Source: a virus
Lineage: Duplodnaviria; Caudoviricetes
Virus record (IMG/VR): IMGVR_UViG_3300046816_000070
Location: 455 to 64,454 of that record
DNA length: 64,000 bases
Strand: one strand, 5' to 3'
Part shown: positions 10,869-21,069 of the stretch, one piece after another
Layout: each line of letters opens with the position of its first letter
How positions within the stretch are numbered: position 1 is the stretch's first letter
The notes under the pieces: generated by a model
Database searches by the model: none
What the model was told of the DNA's origin: nothing
The model's input: the letters and a program-made list of their open reading frames with translations, nothing else
Translations under genes and position numbers: made by a program

Positions 10869-12858
10869 CGAGCATCATGTCCATAATGTCTTGGGGTTCC
10901 ATCGTGGCTATCCACGCTTCCTTATCTTCGCGTCCGTAGGAAATCATTACGCGCTTTCCATCAGGATGCCACGCCATTCCTGCCGCAAACTCGATCACTT
11001 TATCGTGAAAGAAGAATGGCTTGCTGACCTTCGTCCACGCGCACTCCGGTCCCATATAGACGAACCGGTGCGTATAGTATCGTTTACCGGTCGCAGGGCT
11101 GACGTGCGCTTCGTGAATTATGCCCAGATGGCCCATGCGCCACGGGATATACTGGCCCCCGCCGCTGAGCGTGTCATTGGCATAGCGAATTTTCTTATGT
11201 GTAATGAGGCCCGTCCTCGGGTCTAGTAGTTCGCCCAGCCGGTACACGAACTTCAAATCGTGACCTTCGTTAGAGACGAGCGCAGCCCAGTTCTTCTCGT
11301 TCTGCCGGGTCTGCGGGTAGATAGGCTTAGGGTCATGGTACCGCAGATAGCCGTGTTTGTCCCGCTTGATCCGGGCAAGCCATTGCTCGCACCATCCCTC
11401 CGGGTTCTGTTCACGGAGATTTGATAGCGTCCATAATTCCCCCCGCCACGCGAACAACCGGGTATCTTCAAATCCGATAACCAAGTCATACGCGGGCGCG
11501 GGGAACCCCTCAGGCGGCTGCAATGTGGCTGCCACTTGCACAGTGAAGTCGTTATTCATAGTCAACAGAAAATTGCGCGTGTTGATGGGGTTCGTGCTAT
11601 TCGCTTCCCCGTTGGTACTCTTAATCAAGTACCGACCAGCTTCGTCCATCGTATAGTTCACTGTCCGCACAACACAGTAAATCTGGTTGTTGAGAACCTC
11701 GATTGACGGGTTCATCGGCGTCCAATCCTGCGGCGGCGTGAACGCGATACGGCGCGTCTGGAATGACGGCACATATTCGCACAGCGGCTTGAGGCAGAAG
11801 AACATATTTTGCTTGGCGTGTTGCCGGTTGTGCCAGTTGACCTTCGGGTCGAGCGCCAGCGAGTTCATCACCGAGTAGGCTTGCGGGCGCAGTTTCTCGT
11901 TGTAGTATGCACAGATAGAGAACTCCTCCTTCATGCCTGTGGTGTATGGGTAATCCAGCACGAACAAATGGTCGGAGGGGTACGGGATTTTCATCCCCTC
12001 GGCAGCGATCATCGTGCCCAGCGTGTTCTGCCCCTTCTCTCGATAATACTTCGCCAGTTCCCACAGCGGCTCAGCGCGAGAGGGGCGATAGTTATAGGCT
12101 TCCAACATGGCGGCGATGAACCGGTCATAGCTTTTTAAGGCTGACCAGCAGCGACCAATCTCATACTTGGAATAGAATATTTCCTCGTCCCAGCTACCCA
12201 GTTCGATAACTTTCTCGTAGGCGCGGATCGCTTTTACAAAATCGCCATCGTCCTTGTATGAGTTGGCGAGATAGAACCACGACCGCCCATTGTTGGGATG
12301 CTTTTTAAGATCGTCGCGCAGCAACTTAATATCACGCCGCGCTTTGTTGGTACGGTTCGATCCGTCTGCATGGTCATTGTACCACACGCCGGTAATATGA
12401 CCAGCAGGAGGAATGTCAATGTACTCATGCGTAACGCCGACATAGCCGCCAGTTGCCCGCCGTCCAATGAACCGCACGTTGTTGTAAGTAGTGCCGCTGC
12501 CCTTCTGGGTCAGGAGATAACACTGGCCGCCAATTAGTTGCTTTTTGAAGTCCGGGTCTTCAACCACCAGTTCCATATCTGCATCGCAGAGCAGGAGATA
12601 TGTCCACGGATACGGTGCAGAACGGGCGGCGTCGAGGCCCTCGTTTCTGGCTTGAGAGAAGTCGATAAACTTCCCGTGTGTAAAGTGACCGGGAATACCA
12701 CGTCCCTTAAAAAATGCTTCCACAATCTCAACTGTATTATCAGTTGATCCAGTATCATGTATCACCCAATAGTCGATGTGTGGAGCGACTGACTTGAGGG
12801 CGCGTTCGATCCGTGCCGCTTCGTTGCGGACGATCATATTCAGACACAGTTTCATCAT
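10861..12858 (-). CDS. GT2 glycosyltransferase with TPR repeats and C-terminal beta-propeller (GH130/GT91-like) domain
   Basis: LNMIVRNE, DTGSTD, FSQARN, DAD and HE motifs, a TPR region (WFYLANSY, PSRAEPL), and C-terminal NPSI, GFEDTRLF, EKNW, IEFAAG and SYG.ED. Confidence 0.85.
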   Translation of the reverse strand: MMKLCLNMIVRNEAARIERALKSVAPHIDYWVIHDTGSTDNTVEIVEAFFKGRGIPGHFTHGKFIDFSQARNEGLDAARSAPYPWTYLLLCDADMELVVEDPDFKKQLIGGQCYLLTQKGSGTTYNNVRFIGRRATGGYVGVTHEYIDIPPAGHITGVWYNDHADGSNRTNKARRDIKLLRDDLKKHPNNGRSWFYLANSYKDDGDFVKAIRAYEKVIELGSWDEEIFYSKYEIGRCWSALKSYDRFIAAMLEAYNYRPSRAEPLWELAKYYREKGQNTLGTMIAAEGMKIPYPSDHLFVLDYPYTTGMKEEFSICAYYNEKLRPQAYSVMNSLALDPKVNWHNRQHAKQNMFFCLKPLCEYVPSFQTRRIAFTPPQDWTPMNPSIEVLNNQIYCVVRTVNYTMDEAGRYLIKSTNGEANSTNPINTRNFLLTMNNDFTVQVAATLQPPEGFPAPAYDLVIGFEDTRLFAWRGELWTLSNLREQNPEGWCEQWLARIKRDKHGYLRYHDPKPIYPQTRQNEKNWAALVSNEGHDLKFVYRLGELLDPRTGLITHKKIRYANDTLSGGGQYIPWRMGHLGIIHEAHVSPATGKRYYTHRFVYMGPECAWTKVSKPFFFHDKVIEFAAGMAWHPDGKRVMISYGREDKEAWIATMEPQDIMDMMLDD

Positions 12859-12921
12859 TCAACTCCGAGGGGGTCGGCGGTTGATTAAGAACCTATACTA
12901 TCCCGATTGGGATTGCAAGCG

Positions 12922-13689
12922 TTAGAATGGCGCACCGAGAGAAATTCTCAACGGACCTGTCATGCCGTAGTTGCCGCCAGTGCCACCAATACCTGTCGTT
13001 CCCGATGGACCAGTACCGCGCGGGAACTGGTTTGGTCCAGTGCTACCGTCATTGCGCGTGAAGAAACCTGTTGCGCCGGTAATATTGGGCCAGAGAACTA
13101 GAGAGGCGTTCCACACCGCTCCTACAACATACGGATCAGACAGAGGTGGAATGAACAACAATCCGCTACCAGCCGTGACAGGACCATCAGGACCCGTAGG
13201 ACCAGCCTGCGGACCTGTGATGCCTGTAGCGCCAGTCGCACCAGCCTTGCCCGGTCCATCCGTACCGGTATTACCGGTCACACCGGTTGAACCAGTCGCG
13301 GGGCCACGCGGGCCAGCGGGGCCAATGAAACCGCCCTGCAAACCTTGCGGGCCGGTCGGACCAGTTGGCTTCTGAGAACCGGCATTGCCGGAAGGACCTA
13401 TTGGACCAGCAGCGCCTTGCGGGCCTGTACGGCCTGTAGGGCCAGTCGAGTTTGGATCGGGACCACGCGGACTTGCTCCGATAGGTCCAGTCGGACCCGT
13501 CGAACTGGCACCGGACGTAACAGAAGGACCAGCCTTCCCGGTTGCACCGAGAGGGCCAGTTATGTCCTTGTCGTTGATAAGATCAATGACTTCCTTAAGA
13601 ATGTTGGCCTGAGTATTGTCATCGTACACAGTAGCCGTGACGACAACATTAGGCCAACCGCCTTGTACTAGTGGACCGGGACCAGCCAT
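12922..13689 (-). CDS. Collagen-like protein, paralog of 13702..14259
   Basis: N-terminal helix [12 protein letters not shown] repeats and C-terminal [16 protein letters not shown]...LRISLG. Confidence 0.75.
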   Translation of the reverse strand: MAGPGPLVQGGWPNVVVTATVYDDNTQANILKEVIDLINDKDITGPLGATGKAGPSVTSGASSTGPTGPIGASPRGPDPNSTGPTGRTGPQGAAGPIGPSGNAGSQKPTGPTGPQGLQGGFIGPAGPRGPATGSTGVTGNTGTDGPGKAGATGATGITGPQAGPTGPDGPVTAGSGLLFIPPLSDPYVVGAVWNASLVLWPNITGATGFFTRNDGSTGPNQFPRGTGPSGTTGIGGTGGNYGMTGPLRISLGAPF

Positions 13690-13701
13690 AGTGTTCCCCT
13701 A

Positions 13702-14277
<576 letters not shown>

Positions 14278-14308
14278 CTAATTCACCATGATTACTATCG
14301 TACATTCG

Positions 14309-14323
14309 TTACTGCTTCCTTAA
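14309..14323 (-). promoter_or_regulatory. CtrA-type box (1 mismatch), late promoter
   Basis: TTAC-tgcttcc-TTAA, containing the portal stop codon. TAGTAAT lies 11 nt downstream on the minus strand. Confidence 0.6.
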
Positions 14324-16617
14324 CCGACGCCGGGAGAGATAGGATGGCCCCCGCCGCGCGGCGTATTCCCGAGGATATTAGCCGTCTGAGGGCCGAGGCC
14401 CCCGCCTGACAACTGCCCCTGCTGGGTTCCTTGACCCACGGCAGCGGCCCTTGCCATATCCATTTGCGGATTGTTTGTCGCACCGGGCTGCCCGCCGTTC
14501 GGGCTGGCCTCAGTACCGATGTGGGTGGGGTTGCCTTCCGGCATACCCAGCCTGCTCGCCAACACACCTGCTGTCAACTCCGTTGAAATTCTCTTAATAC
14601 CCGCTCCTACACCAGTTGCCACCCCTTTGTCAACCTCTTGCTGGATGGCCTGCTCATGCTGGCCCTGCTGGTTCTGTTTGTCCTGCTGCTCCATCTGCTC
14701 CATAGCTTCCTCGGGCGGGACAATCTCCTCCCCGTCCATACCGATGGTGCTGGACACTGACCGCAGAACCGCCGCCCTGCCTTTCAGGCCCACGATGCGC
14801 TGGTCAACCGGGTTGATGGTTGCCTGCAAGAACTCGATCTGGCGCTGGCGCAGCGTCTCGCGCTGGATGGCGACGTTCACGCCTTGGACACTGATCTTCT
14901 CCTGACCGGTCAAGATACCTGTGGTATCCGTCAGCATTATCAGATCAGACAACTGCAACAGGCACGGCTCAAACACGTCCCTGTCGATGTTGGCGCTAAC
15001 TGATTGTAGTATCTTCGATGCATTGCCCATCAGCATGGCTAGCCCGGACGCTGTGCGCCCCGCGCCGCCCGATGAGGCTTGCCCACCAACGTATTTCGGG
15101 ATCGCGGAAACATCGTCCGCAATAGACACAAACTCTTGAAACACAGCGATTAATTGCTGCGCGTTCGAGGTAGGCATGAAGAACGAGATTGGAACTTGCG
15201 TGTTGTTCCCGACTGGATCGTTTCGGACGTGCCACCTTTTCCACGGGAACATATCCTCGCCGTTTTCCTCGGGGGCCAAGCGGTCGTCGTTGATGACGAC
15301 TTGCGGGCCTGAGGCAATGCTTAAGTTATTGACAAGACTGCGTAAAGTGGCGTTTGCCACTTCCTGCAAGTCTGTCAACAAGTCTGTCAAGCCGTTGCCG
15401 ACCGGGGTGCCGGGAACTTTCTCAAAGGAGGTAATGAAGTAGGGATGCCGCTGGCGCGGGCTGGGAGACAGTTGGCACTTGATGACGTGCGCCCCGATGA
15501 CCCAGCACTGGACGTTGTAGTCTCGGAGTTCATCCGGTACGGCCATACCGTAATCTTGCAGGATGCGCCCCTGCACATTGCCGTTGAACTCCATCATTGA
15601 AATCATGCCGCTGCGATTGAAGGCCGGGTTCTCACGGCTCTCCAAGACCGCGCGTTCGGCGTCGGTAGTATCCCAGTTGTCGTACAAGCCCCCACGCCCA
15701 TACTCGTCCAAGACCGCGCGTAATTCGTCTTGATTGTATCCGGGCAAGTCGAGCAAGTCGTTCAACTCTGCGCGAGTGATCCGTAGCTTCTCGATCACGT
15801 TTGCGTTTTCTATATCCGCGACACCGGGGGTCCACCACAGGTCGAACGGCGATACTCGGTTCCATGTCAGCTTAGGTTTCTGTTGAACAGTTGGCTGCCC
15901 GCCGCCCTTCGGCCACACCACTTCTGGCATGACCTTGACAACCGGGCCTTTGATACAGGCGAATGGGAAGATCGGCAGATCGACTAGGAACTCAGCCATC
16001 GCATGATAGAAGCCGCCGTCCCGTAATAGCGTTTCGATTTTGCTATCACTGTCGCGGGCCTGTTGGGCAGCCTTCTTTTTCGCAGCGTCCTTAGCACTCT
16101 CCACCAATGCAGTACGCCGCTTGGTAACGTCCTGTGGGTTGGCAGGCTTGCCCGTGCGCTGCTGGATAATCTGCTGCTCAGTCTTAGTGAGTTGGTCGAT
16201 AGACTGTATAATCTCCGGGGGTATCTCGGGGTCAGCAGGCGGCTTGACACACCACGGCTGGTCCTGCCCCAGATAAATGTCCCGCAGGAGGGATGAAGCT
16301 GCACGACACTTCTGGGCGACGAGCCGAGCATAGACTTCGGACCCGCCCCACTTCTTGATTTCTCTAATCTTTTCAGCATTATACTGGCCGTTGAAGGTCC
16401 GCAATGCAACGAGCATACGCTCCGACCAACCCGCAGAGGTATTGCGGTGGTTTCGGAATATCTCGAATTGCCCTTTGATGTACCCCGCGAGTGGAGTGGC
16501 ATCTTGCTGGGGCGGCTGCTGGGCCTGCGCAGCGGCAGCATCCCGCGCTTGGAGTTGTTGCTCCAACACTGCTGGCGGAATGACTTGCAAAACCCCAGAT
16601 TGACCTAAATCACTCAT
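14320..16617 (-). CDS. Portal protein (P22-like podovirus type)
   Basis: 765 aa with VSPFDLWW.P, PG...GNG...L.DLQ, L.IASGPQ and RTASGLAMLM motifs and a Gln-rich C-terminal tail. Near the terminase genes. Confidence 0.85.
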   Translation of the reverse strand: MSDLGQSGVLQVIPPAVLEQQLQARDAAAAQAQQPPQQDATPLAGYIKGQFEIFRNHRNTSAGWSERMLVALRTFNGQYNAEKIREIKKWGGSEVYARLVAQKCRAASSLLRDIYLGQDQPWCVKPPADPEIPPEIIQSIDQLTKTEQQIIQQRTGKPANPQDVTKRRTALVESAKDAAKKKAAQQARDSDSKIETLLRDGGFYHAMAEFLVDLPIFPFACIKGPVVKVMPEVVWPKGGGQPTVQQKPKLTWNRVSPFDLWWTPGVADIENANVIEKLRITRAELNDLLDLPGYNQDELRAVLDEYGRGGLYDNWDTTDAERAVLESRENPAFNRSGMISMMEFNGNVQGRILQDYGMAVPDELRDYNVQCWVIGAHVIKCQLSPSPRQRHPYFITSFEKVPGTPVGNGLTDLLTDLQEVANATLRSLVNNLSIASGPQVVINDDRLAPEENGEDMFPWKRWHVRNDPVGNNTQVPISFFMPTSNAQQLIAVFQEFVSIADDVSAIPKYVGGQASSGGAGRTASGLAMLMGNASKILQSVSANIDRDVFEPCLLQLSDLIMLTDTTGILTGQEKISVQGVNVAIQRETLRQRQIEFLQATINPVDQRIVGLKGRAAVLRSVSSTIGMDGEEIVPPEEAMEQMEQQDKQNQQGQHEQAIQQEVDKGVATGVGAGIKRISTELTAGVLASRLGMPEGNPTHIGTEASPNGGQPGATNNPQMDMARAAAVGQGTQQGQLSGGGLGPQTANILGNTPRGGGHPISPGVG

Positions 16618-16666
16618 GCCAAGCCTTGGACGGATGGAAACTCTTGGAGAAGCTAGCCTTTATCAG

Positions 16667-16681
16667 CTAACAAAATCTTAA
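16667..16681 (-). promoter_or_regulatory. CtrA-type box (1 mismatch) upstream of portal
   Basis: CTAA-caaaatc-TTAA. TAGCTT lies 11 nt downstream on the minus strand. Confidence 0.65.
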
Positions 16682-16751
16682 GATAAGTCGCGCTTGTTTT
16701 ACCCTTTCTTATGTGTTATAGGCCATAAATCACTGAAATAAGGACCTATCT

Positions 16752-17243
16752 GTGACTGACACCGTGAATTTGCCGGTCCCCGCAAGGGACCTAGACTTGC
16801 ACGAACTGGCCGCGTTGGCGCGGGAGGTGGCGATCAATATCGCCAACCTGCCGGTCGCGCTGGCCAAGTTCAAGATTACCGAGGAGCAATACGCCCGGTA
16901 TCTGGCCATTCCGTTCTACCGGCAGGCCCTAGAAATCGCCATCCTCGACTGGGAAAAGATACCATCGGCGGAACGGCGTTTGCAGTTGCGGGCGCAAGCC
17001 GCTATAGAAGACGGGATGCATGTCCTCGCCGCCCGGATGCAAAGCATGGATGAACCGCTACCAGCCGCAGTTGAGGCGGGCAAGCTGTTCACCAAGATTG
17101 CCGGGATCGGTGAGACAGGCAAGACAGCCAACCCCGGAGAGAAATTCGTCATCACGATAAATCTCGGGGATGCAGAGCCGATCAAGTTCGAGAAAGACAT
17201 TACCCCTCAAGCCCCGCCACCGAAGGAAATTGAGCATGAATAG
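16752..17243 (+). CDS. Putative terminase small subunit
   Basis: Helical 163-aa protein with a C-terminal FVITINLG strand, upstream of terL. Confidence 0.6.
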   Translation: MTDTVNLPVPARDLDLHELAALAREVAINIANLPVALAKFKITEEQYARYLAIPFYRQALEIAILDWEKIPSAERRLQLRAQAAIEDGMHVLAARMQSMDEPLPAAVEAGKLFTKIAGIGETGKTANPGEKFVITINLGDAEPIKFEKDITPQAPPPKEIEHE

Positions 17244-17988
17244 GAAGCCGCGCATCTGTTACTTCGATATTGAGACTGCTCCCTCACTCGGATATTTCTG
17301 GGGCAAGCTGTGGGAGACAGACATTATCGAGGTTAGGCAGCCTTGGTACATGCTCTGCTTCGCGTACCAGTGGGAAGGCGAGGCCAAGATACACGCTCAC
17401 TCCCTCCCCGAATACAAGAACTTCAAGAAAGACAAACAGGACGACAGCGCACTCATCAAGGACTTGTGGAAAGTCTTTGACGAGGCAGACATACTGATCG
17501 CGCACAACGGCGACCGCTTCGACATTCGCAAGACATACGCCCGGTTCGCGATGCTGGGTATGCCGCCGCCGTCACCGTCCAAGACCATCGACACATACAA
17601 GCAGGCCAAGCGGTGGTTCGACTTTGAGAGCAACCGGCTGAATACGCTGGGCAGGCTACTCGGGGTCGGCACGAAGCTGGCCAACACAGGGTTCGCCCTG
17701 TGGAAGAAGGTCATGCTCACCGCCGACGCAAAAGCGTGGGGCCTGATGGTCCGGTACAACAAACAGGACGTGCGGCTGCTCAAGCGCGTCTATCTCAAGC
17801 TGCGCCCCTTCATGCGAACGCATCCGAACCTGACGATCTACGATCACTTCGACAGGCCAGCTTGCCCGAAGTGTACGTCAGTCGATGTGGTCAAGCGCGG
17901 CTACCAGTACGCAGCCAAGTTGAAATACCAGCGGTTTCTGTGCAACTCCTGCCACGGCTGGTTCCAGTCAGGTAAGTGTATCAAATGA
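17236..17988 (+). CDS. DEDD/RNase H-like 3'-5' exonuclease with C-terminal zinc ribbon
   Basis: FDIET, AHNGDRFD, IDT and YNKQDV motifs, plus CPKC...CNSC. Start moved to ATG 17236. Confidence 0.85.
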   Translation: MNRKPRICYFDIETAPSLGYFWGKLWETDIIEVRQPWYMLCFAYQWEGEAKIHAHSLPEYKNFKKDKQDDSALIKDLWKVFDEADILIAHNGDRFDIRKTYARFAMLGMPPPSPSKTIDTYKQAKRWFDFESNRLNTLGRLLGVGTKLANTGFALWKKVMLTADAKAWGLMVRYNKQDVRLLKRVYLKLRPFMRTHPNLTIYDHFDRPACPKCTSVDVVKRGYQYAAKLKYQRFLCNSCHGWFQSGKCIK

Positions 17989-19442
17989 TAAAATTCGACG
18001 CGACCCCCACGCCGACGATCAAGAACTTTATGAAGTCCAACGCCTTCGGGCGATTGATCGCTGGCCCTGTGGGTAGCGGCAAGACCACAGGCTGTATCGT
18101 TGAATTGTTCCGGCGCTCTATGGAGCAGGACCAAGCAGGGGACGGCTTCCGCTACACCCGCCACGCCATTGTGCGGCAGACATTGAAGCAGTTGAAAGAT
18201 ACTGTCCTCAAGGACTGCCGCGACTGGCTGGGCGAATTGGGCGAGTGGCGAGTATCGGAAAATACCTTCTTACTGAACTTCGGTGATGTACGCAGCGAAT
18301 GGATATTCATCCCGCTGGAAGACGCACAGGATCAGGCACGGCTGCTGTCGATGCAGTTGACGGGAGCGTGGGGATCAGAAATCATCGAAATGAACTACGA
18401 TATTCTCGCGCCGCTGTCAGGCCGTATTGGCCGATACCCTCGCGCCGAGAAGGGAACGCCAACGTGGAGCGGCATCATAGCCGACACCAACTTCCCTACT
18501 GATCTTACACCTTGGCACGATTTCATGGAAAATCCGCCAGCGGACTGGCAAATTTTCAAGCAGCCAAGCGGTCTATCCCCGGACGCTGAGAACCTCAACT
18601 GGCTGGTGCAGAACAAAGAGACGATCAAGTTGCCGATCAATCATCCGGCAAGGCTGGCTCAGGGGCGGCGATACTACGAGCGTCTGGTCGAAACCTACGG
18701 GGCGGATAGCGACTGGGTGAAGCGGTACGTCTATGCACAGTATGGCGAAGACCCGACCGGGGCTGCCGTGTTCAAGCAATCGTGGAATACGCAGTTCCAC
18801 ACCGTCGAGGACACGCTGCTGATCCCCGGCTACCCGCTCATCATCGCACAGGACTTCGGCAGGAACCCGTGGAGCCTGATCTGTCAGGTTGACCACATGG
18901 GTCGCCTGCTGGTACACAAGGAAGTTGCCGCCACCAATATAGGATTAGAGAAGCATGTCCTCGAACACCTCCGACCGGTGCTGTACAGTGATAAGTATTC
19001 TGGATACAAGGTCGCGGTTGTGGGCGACCCATCTGGTGTTGCGAAGGGGAACGTCTCCGAAGAAAGTTGTTTTGACGCGCTCAAGCGCATGGGACTACCA
19101 GCGTTCCCCGCTCCGACCAACGACATTGAACCGCGCCTACGAGCGGTGGAAGCCCTCTTGGGTCGGCAAGTCATGGGCGGACCCGCGCTCGTTGTAAGCC
19201 GGGCGGGCTGTCCCTTCCTGATACGGGCAATGGCTGGTGGCTACCGCTTCACGAAGACGAAGCAGGGGGGCCTCCGCGTTGTCCCTGAGAAGAACGATCC
19301 CGAGGGATTTTCGCACGTTGCAGACGATCTGCAATACGCCGCTCTGATCGCACATGGGAACCTAGGATTAGAAATAGCCCGCAGGTTGCGACCACGGTTA
19401 AAAACCCCCCGCTCGTCAATATCCTCAGCAGCATGGACATGA
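17985..19442 (+). CDS. terL: Terminase large subunit
   Basis: Walker A GPVGSGKT, coupling motif DTN, and nuclease motifs QDFGRNP, GDPSG and SHVADDLQY. Confidence 0.92.
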   Translation: MIKFDATPTPTIKNFMKSNAFGRLIAGPVGSGKTTGCIVELFRRSMEQDQAGDGFRYTRHAIVRQTLKQLKDTVLKDCRDWLGELGEWRVSENTFLLNFGDVRSEWIFIPLEDAQDQARLLSMQLTGAWGSEIIEMNYDILAPLSGRIGRYPRAEKGTPTWSGIIADTNFPTDLTPWHDFMENPPADWQIFKQPSGLSPDAENLNWLVQNKETIKLPINHPARLAQGRRYYERLVETYGADSDWVKRYVYAQYGEDPTGAAVFKQSWNTQFHTVEDTLLIPGYPLIIAQDFGRNPWSLICQVDHMGRLLVHKEVAATNIGLEKHVLEHLRPVLYSDKYSGYKVAVVGDPSGVAKGNVSEESCFDALKRMGLPAFPAPTNDIEPRLRAVEALLGRQVMGGPALVVSRAGCPFLIRAMAGGYRFTKTKQGGLRVVPEKNDPEGFSHVADDLQYAALIAHGNLGLEIARRLRPRLKTPRSSISSAAWT

Positions 19443-19444
19443 GA

Positions 19445-19470
19445 TAGCCTCCCCAGTTATGGAGAGGCTA
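19445..19470. terminator. Hairpin between convergent genes
   Basis: TAGCCT...AGGCTA inverted repeat right after the terL stop. The T-run is about 12 nt away. Confidence 0.4.
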
Positions 19471-19481
19471 CCACGTCTGGA

Positions 19482-19604
19482 TTATTTTTTTCTTGCCCTT
19501 GCCATCGCGAGCATCATTCTTTTTTTGTCGAGGCGGTTGGGCTTGCGACCGTTAATCATCTTGGCTTGACGGCGACGGCGCTTCGCCGTGGAGGTAGCAC
19601 ACAT
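19482..19604 (-). CDS. 40-aa highly basic peptide
   Basis: Hand-translated MCATSTAKRRRRQAKMINGRKPNRLDKKRMMLAMARARKK, with a TAATG overlap with the upstream gene. Confidence 0.5.
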   Translation of the reverse strand: MCATSTAKRRRRQAKMINGRKPNRLDKKRMMLAMARARKK

Positions 19605-19870
19605 TACGGAATGTCCTTGTCAGCTTGTAGGGTTTCTAGGCGAACTATCTCGGCACGGTAGCGAGCGATCCTGCGGGCGCGGCGTCGAGCAAAGTAGTTC
19701 CGCATTGTCTGACTTTCCCATATCTGGATCGTGTACCAGACGAACGCGGCAACTGCGGCAATGGGCGGGAAGAACCCGATCAGGGAGCCGAGGATGGCGG
19801 TCCCAGACAGGGAGTGGCCTATCCAGCCGATCCAGTTAAAGTCTTCCATTGCCCGGTCCCTTACTATCAT
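19604..19870 (-). CDS. Holin-like small membrane protein
   Basis: Hydrophobic segment(s) followed by a basic C-terminal tail. Confidence 0.5.
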   Translation of the reverse strand: MIVRDRAMEDFNWIGWIGHSLSGTAILGSLIGFFPPIAAVAAFVWYTIQIWESQTMRNYFARRRARRIARYRAEIVRLETLQADKDIP

Positions 19871-19911
19871 GGTGGCCTCTCTCGGAGGGGTCCATTAGTA
19901 TCTGCGTAAGG

Positions 19912-19926
19912 TTTACGCCACGTTAA
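19912..19926 (-). promoter_or_regulatory. CtrA-type box (1 mismatch)
   Basis: TTTA-cgccacg-TTAA, containing the stop of 19923..20366. TACTAAT lies 11 nt downstream on the minus strand. Confidence 0.6.
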
Positions 19927-20366
19927 TTGATACTATCCTCTCCTGTCGGACATTGAACGAGCAAGTGGACCATCTGGTTCAACTCCTTCTGCCGCATGGA
20001 GGCGTGGTTCAGCAGGGACTTGATGGCCCCGTCGAGTTCCCTCTCGGGGTTGGCCTTGAACTGGTCCTCCTTGGCCATAGCCCGGAGAACAGTGCTGGTA
20101 TGCAAACGACCCATCGCGGTGTGCAGGGCGAGACAGGTGGCGGCTACGTTGCCGAAGAACTCGCGCTCGACCTTGCGGTCGAAGCAGTCGATCAGGGTCA
20201 TCATCGCTGCGGATTGCAGCGGGCCTATACTGTCGAACCCGATGGGCTGGGCGAGACAGTCAATTATCATCCCCTCGTCAAATAGCGGGCTAGTTCCCTT
20301 CGTCTTGAGGGGCTTCTTGGGCGGCGACCGTTTCACCGCCTTCGCCGGTTGCTTTTCCACTGACAT
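19923..20366 (-). CDS. Hypothetical protein
   Basis: ORF downstream of and overlapping the winged-helix regulator. Start is uncertain. Confidence 0.55.
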   Translation of the reverse strand: MSVEKQPAKAVKRSPPKKPLKTKGTSPLFDEGMIIDCLAQPIGFDSIGPLQSAAMMTLIDCFDRKVEREFFGNVAATCLALHTAMGRLHTSTVLRAMAKEDQFKANPERELDGAIKSLLNHASMRQKELNQMVHLLVQCPTGEDSIN

Positions 20367-20916
20367 AGTTGTTCACCATTTCCAGTATTTGTTTTCGCTG
20401 GACCGGCTCTATGTAATACCCACAGGCCCATAGGGTAGTGATCTTGAGGTTAAACGGCTTTAGGCGCTGACGCAAGAGGCAGATTACCACATCTACCATC
20501 TTGGGGTCCGTCTCCTCTTTGCCGGGTGGACGGCGGCTTTCGATGACTTGGTGCAGCGTTTCCTTGCTCACCTCGTTCCGGTTTATCAGGACGGCGAGGA
20601 AGGAAGCCTGTAGGCGCGTGATCTTGAACAACTGCTTGCAGGTGAAGATCAGGCTGTCGTCGTTGATGCGGTTCTGTCGGATAAAGACGGGCGAGCGGTC
20701 GTCGCGGCTCTGGCCGACCGGCCAGTCGTCCTTCGGCATCTGGACGATACGCCCAGAATAGATCGCTGTCTCAACGGCCTCTCTAATCGCTTCCGCCGTC
20801 TGCTTGAACGCCCTCGCCATAGCACGGATTGGTACGCCTTCGTCTGCAAATCGTTCGGCGTAGGGGACGAGTGCCGGTGTCAGGATTTCTTCGGGTAGGC
20901 TATCGGGGTCAGCCAT
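20290..20916 (-). CDS. CtrA-like winged-helix transcription regulator lacking a receiver domain
   Basis: C-terminal ETDPKMVDVVICLLRQRL...ITTLWACGY aligns by eye with the CtrA DNA-binding domain (EPELKIIDVFICKLRKKL...IETVWGRGY). N-terminus has an HTH-like GVPIRAMARAF segment. ATG 20916 has a GGAGAG SD. Confidence 0.8.
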   Translation of the reverse strand: MADPDSLPEEILTPALVPYAERFADEGVPIRAMARAFKQTAEAIREAVETAIYSGRIVQMPKDDWPVGQSRDDRSPVFIRQNRINDDSLIFTCKQLFKITRLQASFLAVLINRNEVSKETLHQVIESRRPPGKEETDPKMVDVVICLLRQRLKPFNLKITTLWACGYYIEPVQRKQILEMVNNYVSGKATGEGGETVAAQEAPQDEGN

Positions 20917-21069
20917 GTAACTCTCCACGGTAAAGGGAGAGTGGGTCCAACAGGATGATACCCCCATTGGTCAACCACGCTATCCGCGCAGGACCTATCT
21001 CCCGCTGGACCCGTGACTGTTCTATCCTCAAACCCTTACACATCTGTTACCTTGCTACTCTTTCGGTGG

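Noticed and set aside
7932-12858. Cassette as host O-antigen conversion or DNA glycosylation genes
   Set aside because: Not excluded, but disfavoured: there are no membrane GtrABC-like proteins, no integrase and no hydroxymethylase, and the cassette lies in the late structural module beside collagen genes.
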